From NCBI GenBank assembly GCA_950097015.1, contig CATNEN010000003.1:1860001-1924000 (forward strand): DNA of 64,000 nt, given 5' to 3'. Both the position numbers and the translations under genes were made by a program. The stretch's first letter is position 1; every line of letters starts with the position of its first letter. Positions 43,205-55,242 of this stretch are shown piece by piece. The DNA comes from Macrostomum hystrix. Its lineage: Eukaryota > Animalia > Platyhelminthes. The notes below the pieces were generated by a model that saw only the letters and a list, made by a program, of their open reading frames with translations, searched no databases and was not told where the DNA came from.

Positions 43205-45500
43205 GAAATCTCAAATACATCTTCTAGAATCTCACATCTATTTTCTAGAATCTACCATCCATCTTTTAGAAGCTCACATCTATCTTCTAGAATCTCACAT
43301 ATTTTTTCTAGAATCTACCATCTATCTTCTAGAAGCTCACATCTATCTTCTAGAATCTCACGTCTTCCTTCTAGAATCTAAGACCTATCTTCTAGAATCT
43401 ACCATCTATCTTCTAGAATCTCACATCTATTTTCTAGAATCTCACATCTATCTTCTAGAATCTACCATCCATCTTTTAGAATATCATGTCAATCTTCTAG
43501 AATCTCACATATTTTTCCTAGAATCTACCATCCATCTTCTAGAATCTACCATCTATCTTCTAGAATCTACCATCTATCTTCTAGAATCTCACGTCTTCCT
43601 TCTAGAATCTAAGACCTATCTTCTAGAATCTACCATCTATCTTCTAGAATCTCACATCTATCTTCTAGAATCTCACATCTATCTTCTCGAATCTCACATC
43701 TATCTTCTAGAATCTACCATCTATCTTCTAGAATCTCACGTCTTCCTTCTAGAATCTAAGACCTATCTTCTAGAATCTACCATCTATCTTCTAGAATCTA
43801 CCATCCATCTTCTATAATCTACCATCTATCTTCTAGAATCTACCATCTATCTTCTAGAAGCTCACATCTATCTTCTAGAAGCTCACATCTATCTTCTAGA
43901 ATCTCACGTCTTCCTTCTAGAATCTAAGACCTATCTTCTAGAATCTACCATCTATCTTCTAGAATCTCACATCTATCTTCTCGAATCTCACATCTATCTT
44001 CTAGAATCTACCATCTATCTTCTAGAATCTCACGTCTTCCTTCTAGAATCTAAGACCTATCTTCTAGAATCTACCATCTATCTTCTAGAATCTCACGTCT
44101 TCCTTCTAGAATCTAAGACCTATCTTCTAGAATCTACCATCTATCTTCTAGAATCTACCATCTATCTTCTATAATCTACCATCTATCTTCTAGAATCTAC
44201 CATCTATCTTCTAGAAGCTCACATCTATCTTCTAGAAGCTCACATCTATCTTCTAGAATCTCACATCTATTTTCTAGAATCTCACATCTATCTTCTAGAA
44301 TCTACCATCCATCTTTTATAATATCATGTCAATCTTCTAGAATCTCACATATTTTTCCTAGAATCTACCATCCATCTTCTAGAATCTACCATCTATCTTC
44401 TAGAATCTACCATCTATATTCTAGAATCTCACGTCTTCCTTCTAGAATCTAAGACCTATCTTCTAGAATCTACCATCTATCTTCTAGAATCTCACATCTA
44501 TCTTCTAGAATCTACCATCTATTTTCTAGAATCTAAGACCTTTTTTCTATAATCTACTATCTATCTTCTAGAATCTCACATCTATTTTCTAGAATCTACC
44601 ATCCATCTTTTAGAATATCATGTCAATCTTCTAGAATCTTACATATTTTTCCTAGAATCTACCATCCATATTCTAGAATCTACCATCTATCTTCTAGAAT
44701 CTACCATCTATCTTCTAGAATCTACCATCCATCTTTTAGAATATCATGTCAATCTTCTAGAATCTCACATATTTTTCCTAGAATCTACCATCCATCTTCT
44801 AGAATCTACCATCTATCTTCTAGAATCTACCATCTATCTTCTAGAATCTACCATCTATATTCTAGAATCTCACGTCTTCCTTCTAGAATCTAAGACCTAT
44901 CTTCTCGAATCTCACATCTATCTTCTAGAATCTACCATCTATCTTCTAGAATCTACCATCTATCTTCTAGAATCTACCATCTATCTTCTAGAATCTCACG
45001 TCTTCCTTCTAGAATCTAAGACCTATCTTCTAGAATCTACCATCTTTCTTCTAGAATCTACCATCTATCTTCTAGAATCTCACATCTATCTTCTAGAATA
45101 TACCATCTATCTTCTAGAATCTACCATCTATCTTCTAGAAGCTCACATCTATTTTCTAGAATCTCACATCTATCTTCTAGAATCTATCATCTATCTTCTA
45201 GAATCTACCATCTATCTTCTAGAATCTCACGTCTTCCTTCTAGAATCTAAGACCTATCTTCTAGAATCTAAGACCTATCTTCTAGAATCTCACATCTATC
45301 TTCTAGAATCTCACATCTATTTTCTAGAATCTCACATCTATCTCTAGAATCTCTCATCTATCTCTAGAATCTCTCATCTATCTCTAGAATCTCACATCTA
45401 TCTTCTAGAATCTCACATCTTCCTTCTAGAATCTCACACCTATCTTCTAGAATCTCACATCTTCCTTCTAGAATCTACAATCTATCTTCTAGAAGTCTAC
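43205..45500. repeat. 21-bp minisatellite (tcttctagaatctaccatcta)n, roughly 105-110 units
   Basis: Tandem units, nearly all containing TTCTAGAA. Confidence 0.96.
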
Positions 45501-46044
45501 ATGTATCTTCGAAAATGTCACTTTTTTAGAATCTCCATAACTGACAATAAAAAACGCTGACTTCTGAAAAGTACAAAGTACTCTATTGGCTAATATGTCT
45601 TCAGTGTCAGGTCGGACGACCCAGTGTTCCTCTGGTCTCAAGTTATCAGTAAGGAGGCTAATCTAATGCTTCTAAAAATAAGACTCAATCATTTAAAGCT
45701 AAGCCATTTTATTGATGCAATTTTATTCAATTCGGCTCTCAATGGAAGTGATACTGGCCAGGCGTGTGACTGCACACGGAGCGGTCTAATCAAGAATGAG
45801 GCAGAAGAAATATTATTATCTCGCAACGGATAATGAATAAAGATATGGAGTTGCTGGAAGCTAAACTTATTGAGTCCTCATGGATTCCCCGGCGAGGGAG
45901 ATGTTATTGGACTTTTATGGGAGTTTTATCGGTGGAAATAAATCTCTAGAAATTGCAGGCAGTTTTACGGAATATAATCTTATAGTGGAGTGGAATCTCA
46001 GTTTCATTCTGAATTCGACATAATCTCGTTGAATCTAAGCCAGC

Positions 46045-46500
46045 CTCACAGAATCTTATCTAGTCTCATGAAATCTCATCTAGTCTCATGAAATCTCATC
46101 TAGTCTCATGAAATATTATCTAGTCTCATGAAATCTTATCTTGTCTCATGAAATCTCATCTAGTCTCATGAAATATTATCTAGTCTCATGAAATCTTATC
46201 TTGTCTCATGAAATCTCATCTAGTCTCATGAAATATTATCTAGTCTCATGAAATCTTATCTTGTCTCATGAAATCTCATCTAGTCTCATGAAATCTTATC
46301 TAGTCTCATGAAATCTCATCTAGTCTCATGAAATCTCATCTAGTCTCGTGAAATCTTATCTAGTATTATGAAATCTCATCTAGTCTCATGAAATCTTATC
46401 TAGTCTCATGAAATCTTATCTTGTCTAATGAAATCTCATCTAGTCTCATGAAATATTATCTAGTCTCGTGAAATCTTATCTAGTCTCACAGAATCTCACC
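46045..46500. repeat. 20-bp minisatellite (tagtctcatgaaatctcatc)n
   Basis: Exact 20-bp register. Confidence 0.94.
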
Positions 46501-46732
46501 CAGTCTTAGAAGGCCCATGTCTTAGAAGATGTGGAGTCTTATCTAGTTACAGATAGTCTCATATATGGAATACGGAATACAATTTAATCCAGTCTCACAG
46601 AAGTGAATTCTTAGAATATCACCCAGAATCTTGAATAGATCTTGAATCTAATCTCGACATCTCACCAAACTGCAGTACTGGAGTATTCTATGAACACCTA
46701 GTCCTGGACAGGCTCTCTGTTAAGTGTCTCAC

Positions 46733-46954
46733 CAGCTGCATTATCTGAAGGTGCTGCTGCTCCTCCAGCATCTGTCTCTGTTGCATCCTAGCCAGTTGAG
46801 CCGCTGTGCAATCTGCCGCCTGTGGTGCCGCGTCGCCGCCTCCAACTCGATACAGTCGCTTCTGCATCTGCGAACTGCGCCGCTTCTGCATCCTTCGGTC
46901 TTCATCGTGGGCGTAGTCTTTGAATAGGGGATCTGGCGCGGCTAGACCCGACAT
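46733..46954 (-). CDS. Candidate alternative first coding exon of the DPP6/10-like gene (74 aa, MSGLAAPDPLFKDY...QIMQL)
   Basis: ATG-initiated GC-rich ORF ending at phase-0 donor CTG|gtgaga. Confidence 0.6.
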
Positions 46955-47393
46955 GTCCTACTACTCCATCTATCTTCGAGATTACATTCTCGCATTTTTA
47001 TTTCATATTTCTTCTATTAGAAGAAGAGAGTTGCTCTGTAAAGGCCTTTTAGCATTGGTCGAGAAAAGAATCAAACCCGTTAGAACTCAAACAGGGTGTC
47101 CAATCAAGCTGAAGAGATCTGTTCCGTCAATTTTCTCAAATCCAAACTCATATATCCATCCCTTAGACTAGTTGTAATTTATAGTTACTTTGGGTGTAAC
47201 GAAGAAGAAGTTCAATTGATTGATTGATGAATAGATGTCAGATTGCGTTCTTCCTGTTGGCTTGGCTCATATTACGAGCTATATTGAATTGGGACGCACT
47301 TTTTTATGACGATTAATGCGAGACAGTCATAAAACTCAAGATTCCTGTTGGTGCTTTGATTGGAAAATAAATGAAAAACCACCCCACGCTGCA

Positions 47394-47426
47394 TGACGTC
47401 ACGCGATGACAGCATTAGTGACGTCA
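47394..47426. promoter_or_regulatory. Pair of palindromic CRE sites (TGACGTCA x2)
   Basis: At 47394-47401 and 47419-47426, ~440 bp upstream of the ATG at 46954 on the minus strand. Confidence 0.45.
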
Positions 47427-47756
47427 GAAATTTGATGCTAAAAATAGAATTTAAAGAAAAAATCATTTTAAAACTAAGAAAGAAATGCAGCTTTTCAACT
47501 CAAAACTATTTTGAAGCATTTTAACTAAATCGAATAAATATTAAGAACCGTCTTATGTGGCATGAAGCCACGAGATGAAAATTATATTTATTCCTATCCA
47601 TAAAATGTCTACAGAATGACTTTAGCAGCTATAATAGAATCAAAACTGAAGTTATCTTAGACGACGCAAATCACTCATCACGATAGTACATTGCTACTCA
47701 CAGAACGATAAAGTAGTAAAAGGAGAACACAAAAGTCACAAACTTTACTAGCTCAC

Positions 47757-47858
47757 CGCAAGAACCTCCGGTGGAATCTGGCTAAAGCTTAGCTCCCTCT
47801 GCCGTTTGCCTCTGGTCCCGAGAGTTCGATCTCCACCGGCTCCAGATGAAGCGTACAT
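47757..47858 (-). CDS. Candidate alternative first coding exon of the DPP6/10-like gene (MYASSGAGGDRTLGTRGKRQRELSFSQIPPEVLA)
   Basis: aagATG start, 34 codons, phase-0 donor GCG|gtgagc. Confidence 0.6.
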
Positions 47859-48149
47859 CTTCAGACTTTGGTCTGCAATCGGAATTGAATTAGCTTTCAT
47901 ATTGGCACCATTTAGTTCCAGTCCTGACGCGAATTTTACAACTTCCCAGGACTGTTCTCACGAGATTTTCTTTGATAAGCTTCGCAGAAACTGATCTAGT
48001 TAAGAGACTGTCTTGATACTGTATTCTATCTTCATACTGGGCCATCTATTATAAAATACTGCTCAGATTTGCTCAGATTTAAAGAGCTAAATTTCCGGCA
48101 TTCCCTAAAACTAAAGCACCTAAAGATAAATTTTCTTATTATATAATTC

Positions 48150-49430
48150 CATTCTCTCACAAACATTATACCCATTCTCTCACCCAATTCATTCTATCCT
48201 CTCACCCACCCCATTCCCATACTCACGACCGCCCCATTACCATCCTTTCACTTACGTTATTCTCATCCTCTCACCCACTCATTACCATCCTCTCACCCAC
48301 CTCATTACCATCCTCTCACCCACTCATTCTCATCCTCTCACCCACTCATTACCATCCTCTCACCCACTCATTACCATCCTCTCACCCACTCATTACCATC
48401 CTCTCACCCACTCATTCTCATCCTCTCACCCACTCATTACCATCCTCTCACCCACCTCATTACCATCCTCTCACCCACCTCATTACCATCCTCTCACCCA
48501 CTCATTCTCATCCTCTCACCCACTCATTACCATCCTCTCACCCACCTCATTACCATCCTCTCACCCACTCATTCTCATCCTCTCACCCACTCATTACCAT
48601 CCTCTCACCCACCTCATTACCATCCTCTCACCCACTCATTCTCATCCTCTCACCCACTCATTACCATCCTCTCACCCACTCATTACCATCCTCTCACCCA
48701 CCTCATTCCCATCCACTCAACCACCCCATTACCATCCTCTCACCCACCTCATTCCCATCCACTCAACGACCCCATTACCATCCACTCAACCACCCCATTA
48801 CCATCCTCTCACCCACCTCATTCCCATCCACTCAATCACCCCATTACCATCCTCACACCCACCTCATTCCCATCCACTCAATCACCCCATTACCATCCTC
48901 TCACCCACCTCATTTCTATTCTCTCACCCACCCCATTTCTATTCTCTCACCCGCCCCATTTCTATTCTCTCACCCGCCCCATTTCTATTCTCTCACCCAC
49001 CCCATTTCTATTCTCTCACCCGCCCCATTTCTATTCTCTCACCCGCCCCATTTCTATTCCCTCACCCACCCCATTTCTATTCTCTCACCCGCCCCATTTC
49101 TATTCTCTCACCCACCCCATTTCTATTCCCTCACCCGCCCCATTTCTATTCTCTCACCCACCCCGTTTCTATTCCCTCACCCACCCCATTTCTATTCTCT
49201 CACCCACCCCATTTCTATTCCCTCACCCGCCCCATTTCTATTCTCTCACCCACCCCGTTTCTATTCCCTCACCCACCCAATTTCTATTCTCTCACCCACC
49301 CCATTTCTATTCTCTCACCCACCCCATTTCTATTCTCTCACCCACCCCATTTCTATTCTCTCACCCAACCCATTTCTATTCTCTCACCCGCCCCATTTCT
49401 ATTCTCTCACCCACCTCATTTCTATTCTCT
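48150..49430. repeat. 22-23-bp C-rich minisatellite grading from (cactcattaccatcctctcacc) to (caccccatttctattctctcacc)
   Basis: Tandem units with polarised variant domains. Confidence 0.92.
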
Positions 49431-50206
49431 AGACAAAAGAAAATTTGCTGAATGCCTTACTAAAAGCATTGCTTCACGTATAGCTACATGTTCAGCTAAA
49501 AGCAGAAAAACATGGTAAGGAGGATTAAAGTCAGCACATAAAAAACACCCGAAGCGCATATTAGTTTCACCGTAGCAGTAAGGGTGCGTCCTTGTTGTAG
49601 GATAAATACTTATATATTTTTTCTAGCTAGCCTAATGCACGCATTATCTAACGAGCTGTGCTGATGGAAGCCCTAAGAGAGACATTAATTTGAGCATAGC
49701 ATCATTTACCCCTACATTTTGTACTAATTCAAACCTAGCCTTTATTATAACAAAACTGCTGAAAGTCAAACAAAACACTACGGCTGGATTAGAATTGCAT
49801 GCAGTTATCGATGACAAACATACAGCTATAAAAAATTATTGAATAGGCTATTCACTACAACCTATCTCTCTCTCTAGTATTCTCTCGCTTAACTGAGTAG
49901 CAATGGGCTTTGAGAGAGCATAAATAAAGAGAATTCCCAGCTATTCATAAAGCTGTACGACCCGTTGTTGGATTAGGCAAACTATATTGTAACTGTGTGG
50001 GTATATGCTAAGCAAAAAAATAGCTGAACTGGCAAAATCTGATGAAATTTAATGGCTTCTAAATATACGAGTTCTAGCGTCACAACTGAACAGCCAGTGC
50101 TGTGCCCAAAACGTAGATATACTGAGCCTCATCATGAAATCAGTAGGATTGTTAACGGATATCAGCACTGGTCTGCTTCTCTCTCGAACTGGATAGAAGG
50201 ATACAG

Positions 50207-50218
50207 AAAGAGAGAGAC

Positions 50219-50249
<31 letters not shown>

Positions 50250-50574
50250 CAGAGAGACAGACAGAGAGAGACAGAGAGAGACAGAGAGAGAGACAGAGAG
50301 ACAGAGAGACAGAGAGAGAGAGACAGAGAGAGACAGAGAGACAGACAGAGAGAGACAGAGAGAGACAGAGAGAGAGACAGAGAGACAGAGAGACAGAGAG
50401 AGAGAGACAGAGAGAGACAGAGAGAGAGACAGACAGAGAGACAGAGAGACAGACAGAGAGAGACAGAGAGAGACAGAGAGAGAGACAGAGAGACAGAGAG
50501 ACAGAGAGAGAGACAGAGAGAGACAGAGAGAGAGACAGACAGAGAGACAGAGAGAGAGAGACAGACAGAGAGAG

Positions 50575-50607
<33 letters not shown>

Positions 50608-51021
50608 GAGAAAGACAGACAGAGAGAGAGACAGAGAGAGACACAGAGAGAGAGACAGACAGAGAGACAGAGAGACAGAGAGAGAGAGACAGACAGAGAG
50701 AGAGACAGACAAAGAGAGACAGACAGAGAGAGAGACAGAGAGAAAGACAGACAGAGACAGACAGAGAGAGAGACAGACAGAGAGACAGACAGAGAGAGAC
50801 AGAAAGAGAGAGAGACAGAGAGAGAGACAGAGAAAGACAGACAGAGAGAGAGACAGAGAGAGACAGAGAAAGAGACAGACAGAGAGAGACACAGAGAGAG
50901 AGACAGAGAGAGACAGACAGAGAGAGACAGAGAGACAGAGAGACAGAAAGACAGACAGAGAGAGAGGGAGAGAGGAGAGAGAGAGGGAGAGAGGGAGAGA
51001 GAGAGGGAGAGAGGAGAGAGG
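50207..51021. repeat. (GA)n/(GACA) compound microsatellite
   Basis: Purine-rich simple repeat. Confidence 0.95.
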
Positions 51022-52431
51022 ACACTGTCCATTGAATTTCAAAAATCTAATGTTGGAATCGATTCCGATATGTATCGAAAAAATTGAAATCCGGATTCGA
51101 ACCAAGGCAACTCCAGACACGTTTCGCTCTTATTGCAGCTCATCAGTAGAGTCTAGCCTAGCGCTCTAGCCGTAACCAGCTTTCAATCTCAACATATCGT
51201 AATCGATTCGGCAGCGCCCCGCAACTCAATCCATACTCACTCAGATAGTGACTCAGAGAGGGACAGAAAGTGACAGACAGAGTGACAGACAGACAGACAG
51301 AGACAGAGAGAGAGCTATAGAGACAGTTAAAATTGTATTGAAAGCTGTGACAGACTGTCAAATGTGACTATTCTCAAAGCTCCCAACGCGTGACAATACA
51401 AAATAATGCATTTAAAATTTAGCAAATTGCTGAGAAACTATTGTTAAAATACTTTCGCCATTAGACAGACTTAACTGCCAATCAGCCACTGTGTCTGTGA
51501 TAAAATGCTAGTGCCAATAACCCATGATGGTGCACTATTTTAGTTAGTTATCAACACTTTTCCTTGATTATTTGACGGGTGTGGTGGACAACCCGGTCCA
51601 CGGACTGAACTGTCTGTACATCAGGGTTGGTGTATTGTTTTATTTCCGTCCAGAAAAGTTCTAGAATATCCAATCAGACTAAGTAGAAATTCAGAGTGAA
51701 GTTTGTTATGCCGATTCATTTGAAGCAAAACCCAAACTAAAAATAATCTGCTTAATTAGAAATTCTGGTTGACCCCCGCCCGCGTGAAGCTTTGAGCAGT
51801 GTTTGAGTTCAGCATTAGATCCACTATTTAGATAATGAATATAGAATATTGAAGTTATCCTATTTTAGTTCTGTTGGCAGATAACCGCTTATCACATGCC
51901 TCGCGTGACAATCTAGAGTTTTTCTTTCGAAAACAATTAAACACCGCTGCGATCCTTCTAGGGGAAGCATGCTATGTGAAATCCCATTAAATTAGGAAAA
52001 TTTTATTCTCAAAGACTTTTGTTTAACATTTTCCTTTTGTTCGTCACAAAAATTAATAATTTCAGCAATGGGGCTATACGTTGATTTGCTTAACGTAATG
52101 AAATTTTGTTTTATTGTTCTGAGCGGCTGCAGACGCAAAACTGATTTCGTCTATCGTTAAATTTTTAGAATGAAATTGAAAGGAATATATTTAATAGGCT
52201 CGTACGATTCTAAAATTATTTTCATAATGCCTCAGTTATGTTCTTAACTAACAAGAAATGCTTTAATGAGAAGTACTTTTATGATAAGCACTTCAATGGA
52301 GTGTGAAATGAAATTTAAAATTTAATGGAACTTTATCGGAATATTACAATGTAATCAAGTAAGGAATATTGAAGTAACGCTTAACTATTAACTATATATT
52401 CCAATTAACGAATGCCGGAAATTGGAGCAGC

Positions 52432-53750
52432 AATGTCAGCAGCAATCAATGATCATGTCAGCAGCAATCAATGATCATGTCAGCAGCAATCAACGATCAT
52501 GTCAGCAGCAATCAATGATCATGTCAGCAGCAATCAATGATCATGTCGGCAGCAATCAATGATCATGTCAGCAGCAAATGCTTATTTCCAGTCGATTTTA
52601 AAGGGTGAGACGAGAAAATCTACTCAGAATACTTGAGGAATTTTTCTCAGTATTTTTTCACACTTGCCAAGCTTACTTCCCGGGCTAAAAGTACACATTT
52701 GAAACAGTCAGCAAAAAGCAGTCACTCTTAAAGATTCGTTTCTTAGCATTGTCTCTTTGTACAGAATATCTGTGATTGCACTGATTGTAAAAAAACTCGG
52801 TCAAGTGGGTCAAAATTTATTATTAGAATATGCACCTCTCTACAATAATTTATACGAATTTCATAAGTATATAAGCTTGACACACTTGTATAGTTTGTTA
52901 TTCTATAGTAGATAGGAAAGTTAATTTACTCACGTGCATATAACACACAGTAGACAGCTGACTCTAAACAGATGTCGAAATTGTGAATAATTATTTTCCA
53001 AGAAAACTAGCTAAACTAAAATATTTAACGAATAGATGAATTCTATAGTGCTATCTATATCTGAACTCAACTCATTGTGAGGGATAAGAGAAGAGACTTC
53101 GCTGATTGGCTAATGCTATTTACACAGTCAGATTATACACCTGTCAGGTCTAACCTACCTTCATGCAGTGAACATTCACGAACTGGAAAATTATAATTGG
53201 CCTACTTGTGTTAACTGCTGCGGACGCCTGGTTTGATTTGTCCTTGTCTACTAGCACCTAGCTATCTCATATACACATCTTTAGATGACGCCTGTATTTA
53301 AAGCATAGAATTGTGATGACAATTGCTTTTAGCTAAATTAAAATATTACTTTTTTACTTAAAAAAGATTTATGATCATGTCAGCAGCAATCAACGATCAT
53401 GTCGGCAGCAATCAATGATCATGTCGGCAGCAATCAATGATCATGTCGGCAGCAATCAATGATCATGTCAGCAGCAATCAACGATAATGTCAGCAGCAAT
53501 CAACGATCATGTCAGCAGCAATCAACGATCATGTCAGTAGTAATCAAAGATCATGTCAGTTCCAATCAATGATCATGTCACTAGAAATCAATGATAATGT
53601 CAGTAGTAATCAAAGATCATGTCAGTTCCAATCAATGATCATGTCACTAGAAATCATTGATAATGTCAGTAGTAATCAAAGATCATGTCAGTTCCAATCA
53701 ATGATCATGTCACTAGAAATCATTGATAATGTCAGTACCAATCAATTATC
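52432..53750. repeat. 22-bp minisatellite (gatcatgtcagcagcaatcaat)n in two blocks, 52432-52577 and 53371-53750
   Basis: Same unit on both sides of ~800 bp of unique sequence. Confidence 0.88.
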
Positions 53751-54082
53751 ATGCCACGGTCCTCGGTCACAGACATTGATCATGTCATTAGCAATAAAAA
53801 CAATTGCATTAAAACAAAACATAAAGACGAAGTCAAAGGTGTATTTTTCAAATCTTTTGTGGTCTCAAATCGGAAGATGAAAGTAAAACCGACACATGAA
53901 ATGCTGTTCTACAAAGGCTCAATGAACAGTAGAATTATATTTACCAAATTTAAATATTTTAAGGAACAAAACTGGTACATAATAAGTTTAAACTTGCTCT
54001 GTCGGTAGCACTGATTATTTTCCTATTTCCTAATTGTGGCTAAACGCGATTTTTTCACTAAAGCTATTTTTAGAAACAGCGA

Positions 54083-54120
54083 TGACGTCATTCTGATCAG
54101 ACGCAACCTATATGACGTCA
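54083..54120. promoter_or_regulatory. Second pair of palindromic CRE sites (ATGACGTCAT x2)
   Basis: TGACGTCA at 54083-54090 and 54113-54120. Confidence 0.45.
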
Positions 54121-54245
54121 TAGATTTTAGGAGACAAGGCAGCTTTGATACTAATTTTAGAAATATACACAAGTCGTATTTAATCTAGTTTTTAAAAATA
54201 ACCACATAACGTTAAATGTAGAATTAAAAAACTAATTATCTTTAG

Positions 54246-55156
54246 CTAAGAGGACTCAAGCAATTGACGCTCTTTCTGGGCCATTTCGGCTGTGAACCAT
54301 TGATCCCTGTTGGCCTCCTTGCGTCTGATCGGATGGCCGACACCTGTGCGTCTGTACGAGGCTCGCATCATCAGGTATAAATCGGTGGTTTCCTCGCGAA
54401 TAGAATCAAATTTCTCGTTGTGACATGCCTTAATACCCTGGATTGAAAACAAAGCGATGAGACGTTATAGAAAAAAACAAAGCTACTGTGAACAAAATAC
54501 TATGAAAAATTTAAACATGCAAAAATGCTTTTTTCTCAGGCTGGGAATCGAACTCACGACCTATTTATACACTTTTGAGCCGATATGGATTCGCCAAAGA
54601 GGTTTCTACAGAGCAAAATTATTTGTCCTTATCACCATGGCCTTCAACAATGGCCTCGCCGATGCTGACTCGTAAGGCTTTGAAAGTTGAAATTTAGATT
54701 CAGATGGTGGACTTTCACGAAAATCGGCTATTTGGATTCGGAGCTATTGTAAAATAGGCAGTGGGAATTTGAAATACCAACTCGTGGTCTTACGCCAGGG
54801 GGGGGAGGAAATATCGCGGTATTTCTACTGTTAAAGAAGAAGAAAACTTTAAAGTTTTTTTCTCACTGCAGCCTCACCTTGATCTCCTCGCGGCAATGAT
54901 AAAAGGACAATGCGCCGTGCTTCTTGCCGCAGGCGCCGAACAGTTTCCAAACTGGCATACACAGGTGCGCTTCAGTTCTCAAGCGTTCTCGCATCAGCTC
55001 AGGTATGAGAGTGTTCACTTCAACATTGCGCAGGCTAGTGTCCTTCGGATCACCCAAGCCTTTGGGACCGCCGCCATTGCTGGCTGGCAATAGGCCGATG
55101 TCGTCTTCAAGGACTCCGTCATTGGACGGTGCCAGCTTGCCAACGCCGAGGCCCAT
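54246..55156 (-). CDS. CMC1: COX assembly mitochondrial protein, twin CX9C (CMC1-like); exons 55156-54878 and 54437-54246
   Basis: GLGDPKDTSLRNVEVNTLIPELMRER N-terminal signature. CX9C CMPVWKLFGAC, and a second CX9C (CREEIK|GIKAC) formed across a phase-0 intron. C-terminal YRRTG motif. Confidence 0.88.
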
Positions 55157-55242
55157 GATTGAATAATCAGAGCCTGATATATGCCACAGGCTGCAAAGCA
55201 AACTAGTGATGTTTTAGTGATGCAGCCTTGTTAATCTTAGAG

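Noticed and set aside
50049-51120. RE/RD-rich and SL-rich ORFs of ~300 aa; similar repeat ORFs at 7024-7644, 8807-9295, 31367-32351, 34109-34702, 36788-38074 and 43158-43817
   Set aside because: Translations of simple repeats.
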